Assembly (NCBI GenBank): GCA_032161105.1 | Contig: JAVHTD010000014.1 | DNA length: 64,000 nucleotides | From: Candidatus Thermosaccharophagus tengchongensis | GTDB lineage: Bacteria; Armatimonadota; Fervidibacteria; Fervidibacterales; Thermosaccharophagaceae | Strand: one strand, 5' to 3' | Shown here: in pieces, positions 36,765 through 45,119 of the stretch | Numbering within the stretch: position 1 is the first letter of the stretch | Layout of the letters: every line of letters begins with the position of its first letter | Translations under genes and position numbers: made by a program | The notes under the pieces: generated by a model | Database searches by the model: none | Told to the model about the DNA's origin: nothing | The model's input: only the letters and a program-made list of their open reading frames with translations

Positions 36765-37835
36765 ATGAACAGCATGGCGACCATGACGCCAAGGAGAAGG
36801 GTAGAAGCTGTGCTACGCGGTGAGAAACCAGACAAAATACCGTTCACCGTCTATGAGAACAAGCTCCCGCAATGCACCGTAGAGCGGCAATTGCGCAATG
36901 ATGGGCTGTGCATTGTGGAGCGTCGCTACTCCGTCTTTCGCATCCACACCCCAAATGTTCGTGTTGAAACCATCTCATACACCGAGAATGGGATCCCATA
37001 CATTCGCAGGAACTACTACACACCAGTTGGCAACTTGTATGCTATTGATCGTCCCGCTGGCTTCACCACATGGAATTTGGTCAAGCTCTTCAAAAGCCCC
37101 GAGGATTACAAGCCGTTACTTTTCATGATCAAGGATCAGCAGATTGAGCCAACTTATGAGCCCTTTATGCGTGCTCAGGAGATGCTCGGAGAGGATGTAA
37201 CACTTCGGGTCAACATAGGTTCCACTCCGCTGCATCAGATCATGGTGCACTGGATGGGTTTGGAGACATTTGCAGTAGAATGGATTGAGCGGCGTGATGA
37301 GATTGAAAGGCTCTATAAAGCCATTGTAGAGAAACACCGCCAAATATACGAAATCGTTGCAAAATCTCCGGCACTGCATGTTAACTACGGTGGTAACGAA
37401 ACTGGTGATGTAATGGGCAGGGAGCGCTTTGAGAAGTATGTCCTTCCACTTTACAACGAGGCTGCTGAAGTGCTCCACAAACACGGTAAACTTTTGGGTG
37501 CTCACCTTGACGGGAATAATCGTGTTTGGGCTGATTTGGTGGCGCAATCTGGTCTTGACTACATTGAGGCATTCACTCCGGCTCCAGACACGGATATGAC
37601 TATTGAAGAAGCCTTTCAAATTTGGTCGGGAAAGGTCCTATGGATCAATTTCCCATCGTCGGTTCACCTGCGCCCTGTGGAAGAGATTAAAGCCACCACA
37701 CAGCGCATTATTGAGGCTTCAAAGCCTGACTATCGCTTGATTATTGGCATAACTGAGGATGTGCCAGAAGACCGTTGGCAGCAGAATTTCCTCGCCATTT
37801 CCGAAACAATTAATGCTGTGGGGAGGTTGAGATAG
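36765..37835 (+). CDS. Uroporphyrinogen decarboxylase-superfamily (URO-D/MtaA-like TIM barrel) protein
   Basis: MTPRRRVEAVLRGEKPDKIPF, TPVG.L, FEKYVLPLY...LH..GK....HLDG, IEAFTP.P..D, LWINFPS. Confidence 0.8.
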   Translation: MNSMATMTPRRRVEAVLRGEKPDKIPFTVYENKLPQCTVERQLRNDGLCIVERRYSVFRIHTPNVRVETISYTENGIPYIRRNYYTPVGNLYAIDRPAGFTTWNLVKLFKSPEDYKPLLFMIKDQQIEPTYEPFMRAQEMLGEDVTLRVNIGSTPLHQIMVHWMGLETFAVEWIERRDEIERLYKAIVEKHRQIYEIVAKSPALHVNYGGNETGDVMGRERFEKYVLPLYNEAAEVLHKHGKLLGAHLDGNNRVWADLVAQSGLDYIEAFTPAPDTDMTIEEAFQIWSGKVLWINFPSSVHLRPVEEIKATTQRIIEASKPDYRLIIGITEDVPEDRWQQNFLAISETINAVGRLR

Positions 37836-37976
37836 CCGAAGTGATAGGGCTTGCGCTTCAGCATCCTTTCGTAAGGTTGAAACCAGCTTTATGGGTGGCT
37901 TATAGCTGTCCTTACAATTCAATTGCGTAACTCGTAAGCGGCTTAGGTCTCTCAAGATGGCGGAGGTGAGCAATCC

Positions 37977-40900
37977 GTGGTGCCAATAAGCTTAAAATTG
38001 CGCAACTTTATGAGCTATGGGGAGGATGTCCCGCCACTTGATTTTACAGCATTTGACTTGGCGTGCCTTTCGGGTCAGAACGGGCATGGCAAATCCGCAT
38101 TGCTTGATGCAATTACTTGGAGTTTGTGGGGTGAAGCAAGAAAGGCTCGTGGGCGCACAAGTCCCGATGAGGACCTTATTCGCATTGGCGCTCGCGATAT
38201 GGAAGTTGAGTTTGAGTTTGAAGTTGGTGGAAATCGCTACCGAGTTATCAGGCGATATTCGCGAAAGTATCACAGGCGGACAAGCCTTGAATTGCAAGTT
38301 TATTCTCCGAACGATAACCGGTGGGAGACTTTGACCGGGAAAACGCAGCACGAAACTCAGGAGAAAATAAACTCAATTTTGCGCATGGATTATGAGACAT
38401 TTATCGCATCTTCGTTCATTCTCCAAGGGCGCGCCGATGAATTCACAAGGAGGCCGCCAGGTGAGCGCAAAGAAATTCTGGCAAGCATACTCGGACTTGA
38501 CCGTTATGAGCAACTCTCGGATTTGGCAAGGGAGCATCAGAAGAAATGCGCAGATGAGGAGCAAATCCGCACGAAAGAACTTGAGGGCATAGACAGAGAG
38601 CTGGAAGAACTGCCGACACTGAAGAGGATGGCAGAGAAATTGGGGAAGGCATTGGAAGAGGTTAATGAAGAGTTACAAAGGGTTAAGAGCGAACTTAACA
38701 GCAAAAAGGACCGCTTGGCAACGCTTGAGGAAAGGAAGAGGCGTTTGGAGGACCTAAAAGAGCAAGCCAGAGGGGTTGCCAACAGCCTCAATGAAGCGAT
38801 AAGGCAATATAAAACTTGGCATAAGCAGTATGAAGATTTGTTGAGCCTGTTGAGTAGGGAAAGCGAAATTGTGTCCAACTATTTGCGCTATCAGGATGCA
38901 TTAAGGATGAACAACGAATTGACGGAAAAGTTGAACAAGCTTATGGAAGTTAAAGAAATGGCACAAAAAGTTGAACAAACAATTGAAAAGACCAAAAGTG
39001 AGTTGGAAAAAGAGTTAGCAGCTTCAAGAGAGAGGAGAAAAGAGCTGTTGCGCGAGGAAAATGAGGCAATGCAGTGGATTAACAGGCGGGCGGAAATTGA
39101 GAGAGGTTATGAGGAACTTCAAGCGCTTAGGCAGAAAGATGAGCACATGGAAGAGGTGAGGAAGAAAGATTCACAGCTGCGCGGGGTTGCTATGGAGATA
39201 GAGGTAAAAATTGATAGCGAGAGGCAGAAGCTTGAAATGCAACTCAACTCGGTTAGGGAGCGATACAAGGAGCGAGAATTGGTGGCGGGGCGAAGAAACG
39301 AGTATGAGGATGAGATTGCGAGAATAAATAAACAAATTAGCCAGCTACAGGAGGACGAAAGGCAGTTAAGCGCACTTAGAAGCAGGATAGCCGATTGCGA
39401 GAGGCGTTTGGGTGAGCTTTCGGTTAGGCGGACACAACTTGAAAATGAGTTAAAGGAAACGAGGGCAAAGTTGAACCTGTTGGTTGAATCAACGGAACCG
39501 CGCTGTCCCGTTTGTAATTCACCGCTGGATGAAGCACGCAAGGGAATGCTCAAAGCCGAGTTTGAGAGCTCGTTAGGCAGCATACAGAGGGAACTTGAAG
39601 TTACTGTAGGTGAAATTGAGGAAGTAAAGGGGCAGCGTTCAGAGCTGCAATCACGATGCGAAGAACTTGAAGAAAGGCTCAAAGATATGAGCGCACTTCA
39701 GGAGCAGTTGGCGAGAGTAAAGGCGAATTTGGAGGAAGCGAATAGAGCAGCTGAGGAATTGGAAAACTTGGCGAGGGAAATTGGCGAGCTTGAGCGGCGG
39801 CTTAAGGATGGCGACTTTGCGGCTGAATTGCGCGACCAATTGGGGGCAATTGAGGATGAGTTGCGCCGACTCGGTTACGATGAAATAGCGCACTTGCAGG
39901 TTAAGAATGCCATAAAGGAAAAAAGCGTTTATGAGGTGCAAATGGAGCATCTTAAGCAAGCCGAAGAAAAGCTTAGGGAAGTAAGGGACAGGTTGAGGGA
40001 AGTTGAGGGGCGTATTTCTGGGCTTGAAATGAAGCTTTCCTCGGGTGATTTTGCTCACGATGAGCGAAAACAGCTTGAGGAGTTAAGGAGACAAATAAAG
40101 GAACTTGGCTATGACAAATCGGAACATGATAGGGTGCGCAAGTTGCAAAAGGATCTTGAAGGCTATGTCGGGTTATATCAGAGGTTGATGCAAGCCAAGG
40201 ATGAGAAACCCAAATTGGAGAGCCAATTAGAGGGGCTGCGTCAGTCAATCAAAAATGAGCGCAAAAGATACGAGGATTTGAGGGCGCAAATTGAAAGGCT
40301 TGGGAAAGAGGTTGAGGAAATCCCGCAAGTAAGGCGTTCTGTTGAGGTGCTGGAGAGAAACCTCGCAGAAATTGAGGAAAAACGCTCAAAATTGGAGCGT
40401 GAGAGGGGGGAAATTGAGGGCAGGATCTCAAGATGTAACGAGTTGCGCCAAAGGAGGGTGGAAATTGAGCAAGATTTGGAGCGAATACGCCACGAGAGGG
40501 ATATATACGGCTTACTCGCACAGATATTTGGCAAGGATGGCATACAGGCGGTCATCATCGGCAACGCAATTGATGAACTTGAGGAAGAGGCGAATAATCT
40601 CCTGAAGGAGCTCACGCATGGTAAAGCGAGCGTCGCATTTGAGCTGCAGCGTGAGACAAAGGGCGGGGCTGTGAGGGAGACGCTTGATATAAAAGTGAGC
40701 GATGAGCTTGGCACGAGACCGTATGAGCTTTTCTCAGGCGGTGAAAGTTTTAGAATTGACTTTGCGATAAGGGTTGCCTTGGCAAAGCTGCTTGCAAAGA
40801 GGGCTGGCACAAAGGTGCGCTTCCTCGTCATTGATGAGGGCTTTGGGTCACAGGATAGCGACGGGTTGAAGCAGCTCGTTGAAGCAATTTACAGCATTAG

Positions 40901-41024
40901 GGGGGATTTTGACAAAATTTTGGTTGTCACTCACCTTGAGCACCTTAAGGACTCCTTCCCTGTAAGGATTGAAGTGACCAAAGACCCTCACATCGGCTCT
41001 CGGTTTGAAATCATTCATGCGTGA
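37977..41024 (+). CDS. sbcC: SbcC/Rad50-like SMC ATPase
   Basis: Walker A GQNGHGKS, long coiled coil, zinc hook CPVC, signature FSGGE, Walker B VIDEGFGSQD, VTH. RBS GGAGG. Confidence 0.95.
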   Translation: MVPISLKLRNFMSYGEDVPPLDFTAFDLACLSGQNGHGKSALLDAITWSLWGEARKARGRTSPDEDLIRIGARDMEVEFEFEVGGNRYRVIRRYSRKYHRRTSLELQVYSPNDNRWETLTGKTQHETQEKINSILRMDYETFIASSFILQGRADEFTRRPPGERKEILASILGLDRYEQLSDLAREHQKKCADEEQIRTKELEGIDRELEELPTLKRMAEKLGKALEEVNEELQRVKSELNSKKDRLATLEERKRRLEDLKEQARGVANSLNEAIRQYKTWHKQYEDLLSLLSRESEIVSNYLRYQDALRMNNELTEKLNKLMEVKEMAQKVEQTIEKTKSELEKELAASRERRKELLREENEAMQWINRRAEIERGYEELQALRQKDEHMEEVRKKDSQLRGVAMEIEVKIDSERQKLEMQLNSVRERYKERELVAGRRNEYEDEIARINKQISQLQEDERQLSALRSRIADCERRLGELSVRRTQLENELKETRAKLNLLVESTEPRCPVCNSPLDEARKGMLKAEFESSLGSIQRELEVTVGEIEEVKGQRSELQSRCEELEERLKDMSALQEQLARVKANLEEANRAAEELENLAREIGELERRLKDGDFAAELRDQLGAIEDELRRLGYDEIAHLQVKNAIKEKSVYEVQMEHLKQAEEKLREVRDRLREVEGRISGLEMKLSSGDFAHDERKQLEELRRQIKELGYDKSEHDRVRKLQKDLEGYVGLYQRLMQAKDEKPKLESQLEGLRQSIKNERKRYEDLRAQIERLGKEVEEIPQVRRSVEVLERNLAEIEEKRSKLERERGEIEGRISRCNELRQRRVEIEQDLERIRHERDIYGLLAQIFGKDGIQAVIIGNAIDELEEEANNLLKELTHGKASVAFELQRETKGGAVRETLDIKVSDELGTRPYELFSGGESFRIDFAIRVALAKLLAKRAGTKVRFLVIDEGFGSQDSDGLKQLVEAIYSIRGDFDKILVVTHLEHLKDSFPVRIEVTKDPHIGSRFEIIHA

Positions 41025-41062
41025 ATGGCAGTCAGTCATATCGCGCCTATATGGGTCACACA

Positions 41063-41285
41063 ATGGGACTTACCCATTTGTGATGAGTTCATAGAAAGGC
41101 TGAGCCAGATAGGTTCGGATGGCACCATGAGGGTATCGGGGCTTTCTGGTTGGCATTGAGCCGCCTCGGTGAGGGTGAAGGTCTTCTGGGGCGACGATGA
41201 GGAAGTAGATGTAGTCAAGGTCATGGCACTTGGCTGGGTTCATCGGCAATCGCCCCTCTTGGCAGGGCGGTTCTTTGCATGCTAT
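41063..41285 (-). mobile_element. Internally deleted IS701-family-like transposase remnant (MITE-like)
   Basis: The minus strand from ATG 41243 reads MNPAKCHDLDYIYFLIVA, then after a frameshift QKTFTLTEAAQCQPE, and ends AIRTYLAQPFYELITNG* at 41070. These resemble, from memory, the extreme N- and C-termini of IS701-family transposases with the DDE core missing. Confidence 0.6.
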
Positions 41286-41414
41286 CGTTATAGCAAATTT
41301 GTTGAAGGGTGAGGCTCACGCCGAGCCGTGGAAAAGGGGATGATGAGGGGGGTGGTGGGCGGGTTGTTCAATGGTGCTTGCGATTGCTAAAATGCTCACA
41401 AGGAGGGGATAGGG

Positions 41415-43580
41415 ATGTTTTGTAGTCGTTGTTTCGTCCATGTTGTGGCAGGTCTTGGGGGCGCCTTGCGGCGCAAGTTTGCGGCGTGCATTGGAGTGTT
41501 GGTTGTATGTCTTTCATTGTTGGCTCTTGAAATCTCATGCCACAAACTTCCCCGGAAACGCCCCGTGCTCGTCTCCAAAACAGGGCGCACCGAGGAACGC
41601 CCTGTGCTCGTCCCCAAAACGGGGCACATCGGTCCAGTGAATAGCGTATCCTTCAGTCCAGACGGAAGGACGATAGCTTTGGGAAGCGGTGACGGAATGG
41701 TCATCCTTTGGGATACTGAAACGGGCGAGGTGAGGCGAATGTTGGAGGGACACACCGATCCTGTGTATAGCGTATCCTTCAGTCCAGACGGAAGGACGAT
41801 AGCTTCGGGAAGCTTTGACAAAACGGTCATTCTTTGGGATGCAGAAACTGGTAAGATGAGGCGGAAGTTGAAGGGGCACACTGGTTCTGTGTTGAGCGTA
41901 TCCTTCAGTCCGGATGGAAGGACGATAGCTTCGGGAAGCCGTGACGGAACGGTCATTCTTTGGGATGCAGAAACTGGTAAGATGAGGCGGAAGTTGAAGG
42001 GGCACATCTGGCCGGTGAGGAGTCCGGTGAGGAGTGTAGCCTTTAGTCCAGATGGGAGGACGATAGCTTCGGGACACGGCAAAACGGTCATTCTTTGGGA
42101 TGCAGAAACTGGTGAGGTGAGGCGGAAGTTGAAGGGACACACCGGTTGGGTGGAAAGCGTATCCTTTAGTCCGGATGGAAGGACGATAGCTTCGGGAAGC
42201 CGTGACGAAACGGTCATCCTTTGGGATGCTGAAACGGGTAAGATGAGGCGGAAGTTGGAGGGACACACCGATTGGGTGAATAGCGTATCCTTCAGTCCGG
42301 ACGGAAGGACGATAGCTTCGGGAAGCGGTGACACCACGGTCATTCTTTGGGATGCAGAAACTGGCAAGGTGAAGTGGGAGTTAGAGGGACACATTGATTT
42401 TGTGGAAAGCGTATCCTTCAGTCCAGATGGAAGGACGATAGCGTCGGGAGGCGATGACAGCACGGTCATCCTTTGGGATGCAGAAACAGGTGAGGTGAGG
42501 CGGAAGTTGAAGGGACACACCTGGGCGGTGGAAAGCGTATCCTTCAGTCCGGATGGAAGGACGATAGCTTCGGGAAGCCGTGACGAAACGGTCATCCTTT
42601 GGGATGCTGAAACGGGTAAGATGAGGCGGAAGTTGGAGGGGCACACCGATTGGGTGAGTAGCGTATCCTTTAGTCCGGATGGAAGGACGATAGCTTCGGG
42701 AAGCGGTGACGGAACGGTCATTCTTTGGGATGCAGAAACTGGTGAGATGAGGCGGGAGTTGGTGGGACACACCGATCCTGTGTTTAGCGTGTCCTTCAGT
42801 CCAGATGGAAGGATGATAGCTTCGGGAAGCTATGACAAAACGGTCATCCTTTGGGATGCAGAAACTGGTGAGATGAGGCGGGAGTTGAAGGGGCACACCA
42901 GTGAAGTGAATAGCGTATCCTTCAGTCCGGACGGAAGGACGATAGCTTCGGGAAGCGGTGACGGAACGGTCATTCTTTGGGATGCAGAAACTGGTGAGAT
43001 GAGGCGGAAGTTGGAGGGGCACACCTGGGGGGTGAGGAGCGTATCCTTCAGTCCAGACGGAAGGACAATAGCTTCGGGAAGCGGTGACGGAACGGTCATT
43101 CTTTGGGATGCAGAAACAGGCAAGATGAAGCGGAAGTTGGAGGAGCGCACCGTTTCTGTGGAAAGCGTATCCTTCAGTCCAGACGGAAGGACAATAGCTT
43201 CGGGAAGCGGTGACGGAACGGTCATTCTTTGGGATGCAGAAACAGGCAAGATGAGGCGGGTGTTGGAGGGGCACACCCGTTCTGTGAGGAGCGTATCCTT
43301 CAGTCCAAATGGAAGGACGATAGCTTCGGGAGGCTATGACGACACAGTTCGCCTGTGGGATGTGGCTACTGGCAGGGAAATTGCCACCTTCATCAGCTTT
43401 GATTCAGGTCAAGATTGGCTTGTTATCACTCCAGAAGGCTACTACAATGCCTCTCCAAATGGCGACAGGTTCGTTCGGTGGCTTGTAGGCAACAAACTCT
43501 ATCCAGCGGAGAAATTTTCCGATCAGTTCAAGCGTCCAGACATTGTTGCGAAGGCGCTTAGGGGCGAGAAAATTCCGTAG
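41415..43580 (+). CDS. Secreted/membrane-anchored WD40 protein with 14 highly conserved repeats (two predicted 7-bladed propellers)
   Basis: RBS AGGAGG and a hydrophobic N-terminal segment ending LEISC. 14 x 'GH(T)xxVxSVSFSPDGRTIASGSxDxTVILWDAETG.MRR.L.', then C-terminal WLVITPEGYYNAS..RPDIV. Confidence 0.95.
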   Translation: MFCSRCFVHVVAGLGGALRRKFAACIGVLVVCLSLLALEISCHKLPRKRPVLVSKTGRTEERPVLVPKTGHIGPVNSVSFSPDGRTIALGSGDGMVILWDTETGEVRRMLEGHTDPVYSVSFSPDGRTIASGSFDKTVILWDAETGKMRRKLKGHTGSVLSVSFSPDGRTIASGSRDGTVILWDAETGKMRRKLKGHIWPVRSPVRSVAFSPDGRTIASGHGKTVILWDAETGEVRRKLKGHTGWVESVSFSPDGRTIASGSRDETVILWDAETGKMRRKLEGHTDWVNSVSFSPDGRTIASGSGDTTVILWDAETGKVKWELEGHIDFVESVSFSPDGRTIASGGDDSTVILWDAETGEVRRKLKGHTWAVESVSFSPDGRTIASGSRDETVILWDAETGKMRRKLEGHTDWVSSVSFSPDGRTIASGSGDGTVILWDAETGEMRRELVGHTDPVFSVSFSPDGRMIASGSYDKTVILWDAETGEMRRELKGHTSEVNSVSFSPDGRTIASGSGDGTVILWDAETGEMRRKLEGHTWGVRSVSFSPDGRTIASGSGDGTVILWDAETGKMKRKLEERTVSVESVSFSPDGRTIASGSGDGTVILWDAETGKMRRVLEGHTRSVRSVSFSPNGRTIASGGYDDTVRLWDVATGREIATFISFDSGQDWLVITPEGYYNASPNGDRFVRWLVGNKLYPAEKFSDQFKRPDIVAKALRGEKIP
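41622..43394 (+). repeat. Tandem array of 14 x 126-nt near-identical repeats
   Basis: Units start at 41622, 41748, 41874, 42000 (135 nt), 42135, 42261, 42387, 42513, 42639, 42765, 42891, 43017, 43143 and 43269. Confidence 0.95.
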
Positions 43581-43720
43581 GATTTTCCTTTCATGCCATA
43601 AAGCGGACACTGTCAATCGTGCCCATTGAGGTTGAATGTGTGGTGTTTGGTTCAAAATCAAAGTGATGCTTTGAACCTGCACTGAGTGGCTGTCTTGAGT
43701 GGTGAAATTGTGAGAGTCTC

Positions 43721-43841
43721 GTAGGGGCGCATGAAATGCGCCCGAAATGCGCATGAAATGCGCCCGAAATGCGCCCGAAAAAACGGGCGGGTTTCACCCG
43801 CCCCTACAGGATGGGTTTTTTGCGGCTAAAGCCGCTCCTAC
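43721..43841. repeat. GTAG-family REP cluster (REPIN/BIME-like) between convergent genes
   Basis: GTAGGGGCGCATGAAATGCGCCC (+), five 11-nt GCGC(AT/CC)GAAA(T) units, GTAGGGGCGGGTGAAACCCGCCC (-) and GTAGGAGCGGCTTTAGCCGC (-). Confidence 0.8.
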
Positions 43842-45115
43842 AGTTCATCCGGGTGGGCAATCCTTCCGAGGACGGCAGAAGCAGCTGCTATTGCCGGGTT
43901 GGAAAGAAAGACCTCAGATTTTGGATGTCCCATGCGTCCGATGAAATTTCGGTTTGAGGTTGAGATGCACCTTTCACCGGATGCAAGCACACCCATGTAT
44001 CCACCAAGGCATGGTCCACATGTCTCAGCTGCCACCACTGCGCCAGCTTCGGCAAACACTTCAAGCAGTCCTTCGGCAAGTGCCATTTGCCAAATTTGGT
44101 GTGTCGCCGGGATGACGATCATCCTCACACTCGGATGGACTTTCTTGCCCTTGATAACCCTTGCTGCGATGCGCAGGTCTTCAATCCTGCCATTTGTGCA
44201 TGATCCGATAAAGACTTGGTCAATTGCAATGTTGTCCTTCACTGCCTCGGAGATGGTGTGCACATTTGAGGGCAGGTGAGGGTAGGCTACCATTGGCTCA
44301 AGCTGTGAACAGTCAAACTCAATCACCTGCGAGTATTGCGCATCCTCATCCGATGAATACACCTGCCACTTGTCTTGGCTATTAGGCGCCACCTTCATCA
44401 GGTAGTCCCGTGTGACTTCATCAAACGGCATGATGCCGTTCTTTGCACCGGCTTCAACAACCATGTTGGTGATGGTAAACCTGTCGGACATGGGTAATTG
44501 CTCAATAACTGGACCTGTAAACTCCATCGCCTTGTATAAAGCTCCATTTACACCGATGCGCCCGATCGTTGCCAGTATGATGTCTTTGCCCATGACCCAC
44601 TCGTTGAGCTTGCCGCAGTAAATTAACTTCATTGTCGCCGGAACGCGAAGCCATATTTCACCGAGTGCCATAACTGCTGCAAGGTCTGTGCTCCCGATCC
44701 CTGTAGCGAAGCATGATAATGCGCCAGCTGTGCATGTGTGCGAATCGGCTCCAACATACACCATTCCGGGGAGTATCAATCCGCTGTCTGGGAGGAGCAC
44801 ATGCTCAATTCCGCCGCGACCGACCTCGTAATAGTGCTTAATGCGTTGTTCAACTGCGAACTGGCGCATGACTTTTGCCTGCTCTGCGGCGCTCACATCC
44901 TTGTTTGGAACATAGTGGCTTGCAACAAGCGCAATTCGCTCGGGGTCAAACACATGCTCAACGCCAATCTTGCGAAACTCCCTTATCGCGAGCGGTGCCG
45001 TCACATCGTTGCCCATGCATAAGTCAACCTTAGCCATGACCAGTTGCCCCGGTTTAACATGCCTTTCGCCGGAGTGCGCTGCGAGTATCTTTTCGGTCAT
45101 GGTCATCCCCATCAT
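43838..45115 (-). CDS. leuC: 3-isopropylmalate dehydratase large subunit
   Basis: GIEHVLL, GADSHTCTAGA, FIGSCTNGR, CGPCLG, STSNRNF.GRMG. Adjacent to leuA. Confidence 0.93.
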   Translation of the reverse strand: MMGMTMTEKILAAHSGERHVKPGQLVMAKVDLCMGNDVTAPLAIREFRKIGVEHVFDPERIALVASHYVPNKDVSAAEQAKVMRQFAVEQRIKHYYEVGRGGIEHVLLPDSGLILPGMVYVGADSHTCTAGALSCFATGIGSTDLAAVMALGEIWLRVPATMKLIYCGKLNEWVMGKDIILATIGRIGVNGALYKAMEFTGPVIEQLPMSDRFTITNMVVEAGAKNGIMPFDEVTRDYLMKVAPNSQDKWQVYSSDEDAQYSQVIEFDCSQLEPMVAYPHLPSNVHTISEAVKDNIAIDQVFIGSCTNGRIEDLRIAARVIKGKKVHPSVRMIVIPATHQIWQMALAEGLLEVFAEAGAVVAAETCGPCLGGYMGVLASGERCISTSNRNFIGRMGHPKSEVFLSNPAIAAASAVLGRIAHPDEL

Positions 45116-45119
45116 TTCG

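Noticed and set aside
41304..41329. GAAGGGTGAGGCTCACGCCGAGCCG, reminiscent of another REP-like hairpin family (faint echo at ~11908-11929)
   Set aside because: Only one convincing copy in the window, so it cannot be supported as a repeat here.
41396..43276. Long antisense ORFs (458, 243, 297, 148 aa) over the WD40 gene
   Set aside because: These are shadows of the repetitive sense frame, with no independent protein features.
41622..43394. CRISPR array or DGR target interpretation of the 126-nt repeats
   Set aside because: The units are in-frame coding repeats without unique spacers. There is no cas or reverse transcriptase gene or template repeat in the window, and the variation is not evidently confined to adenine positions.
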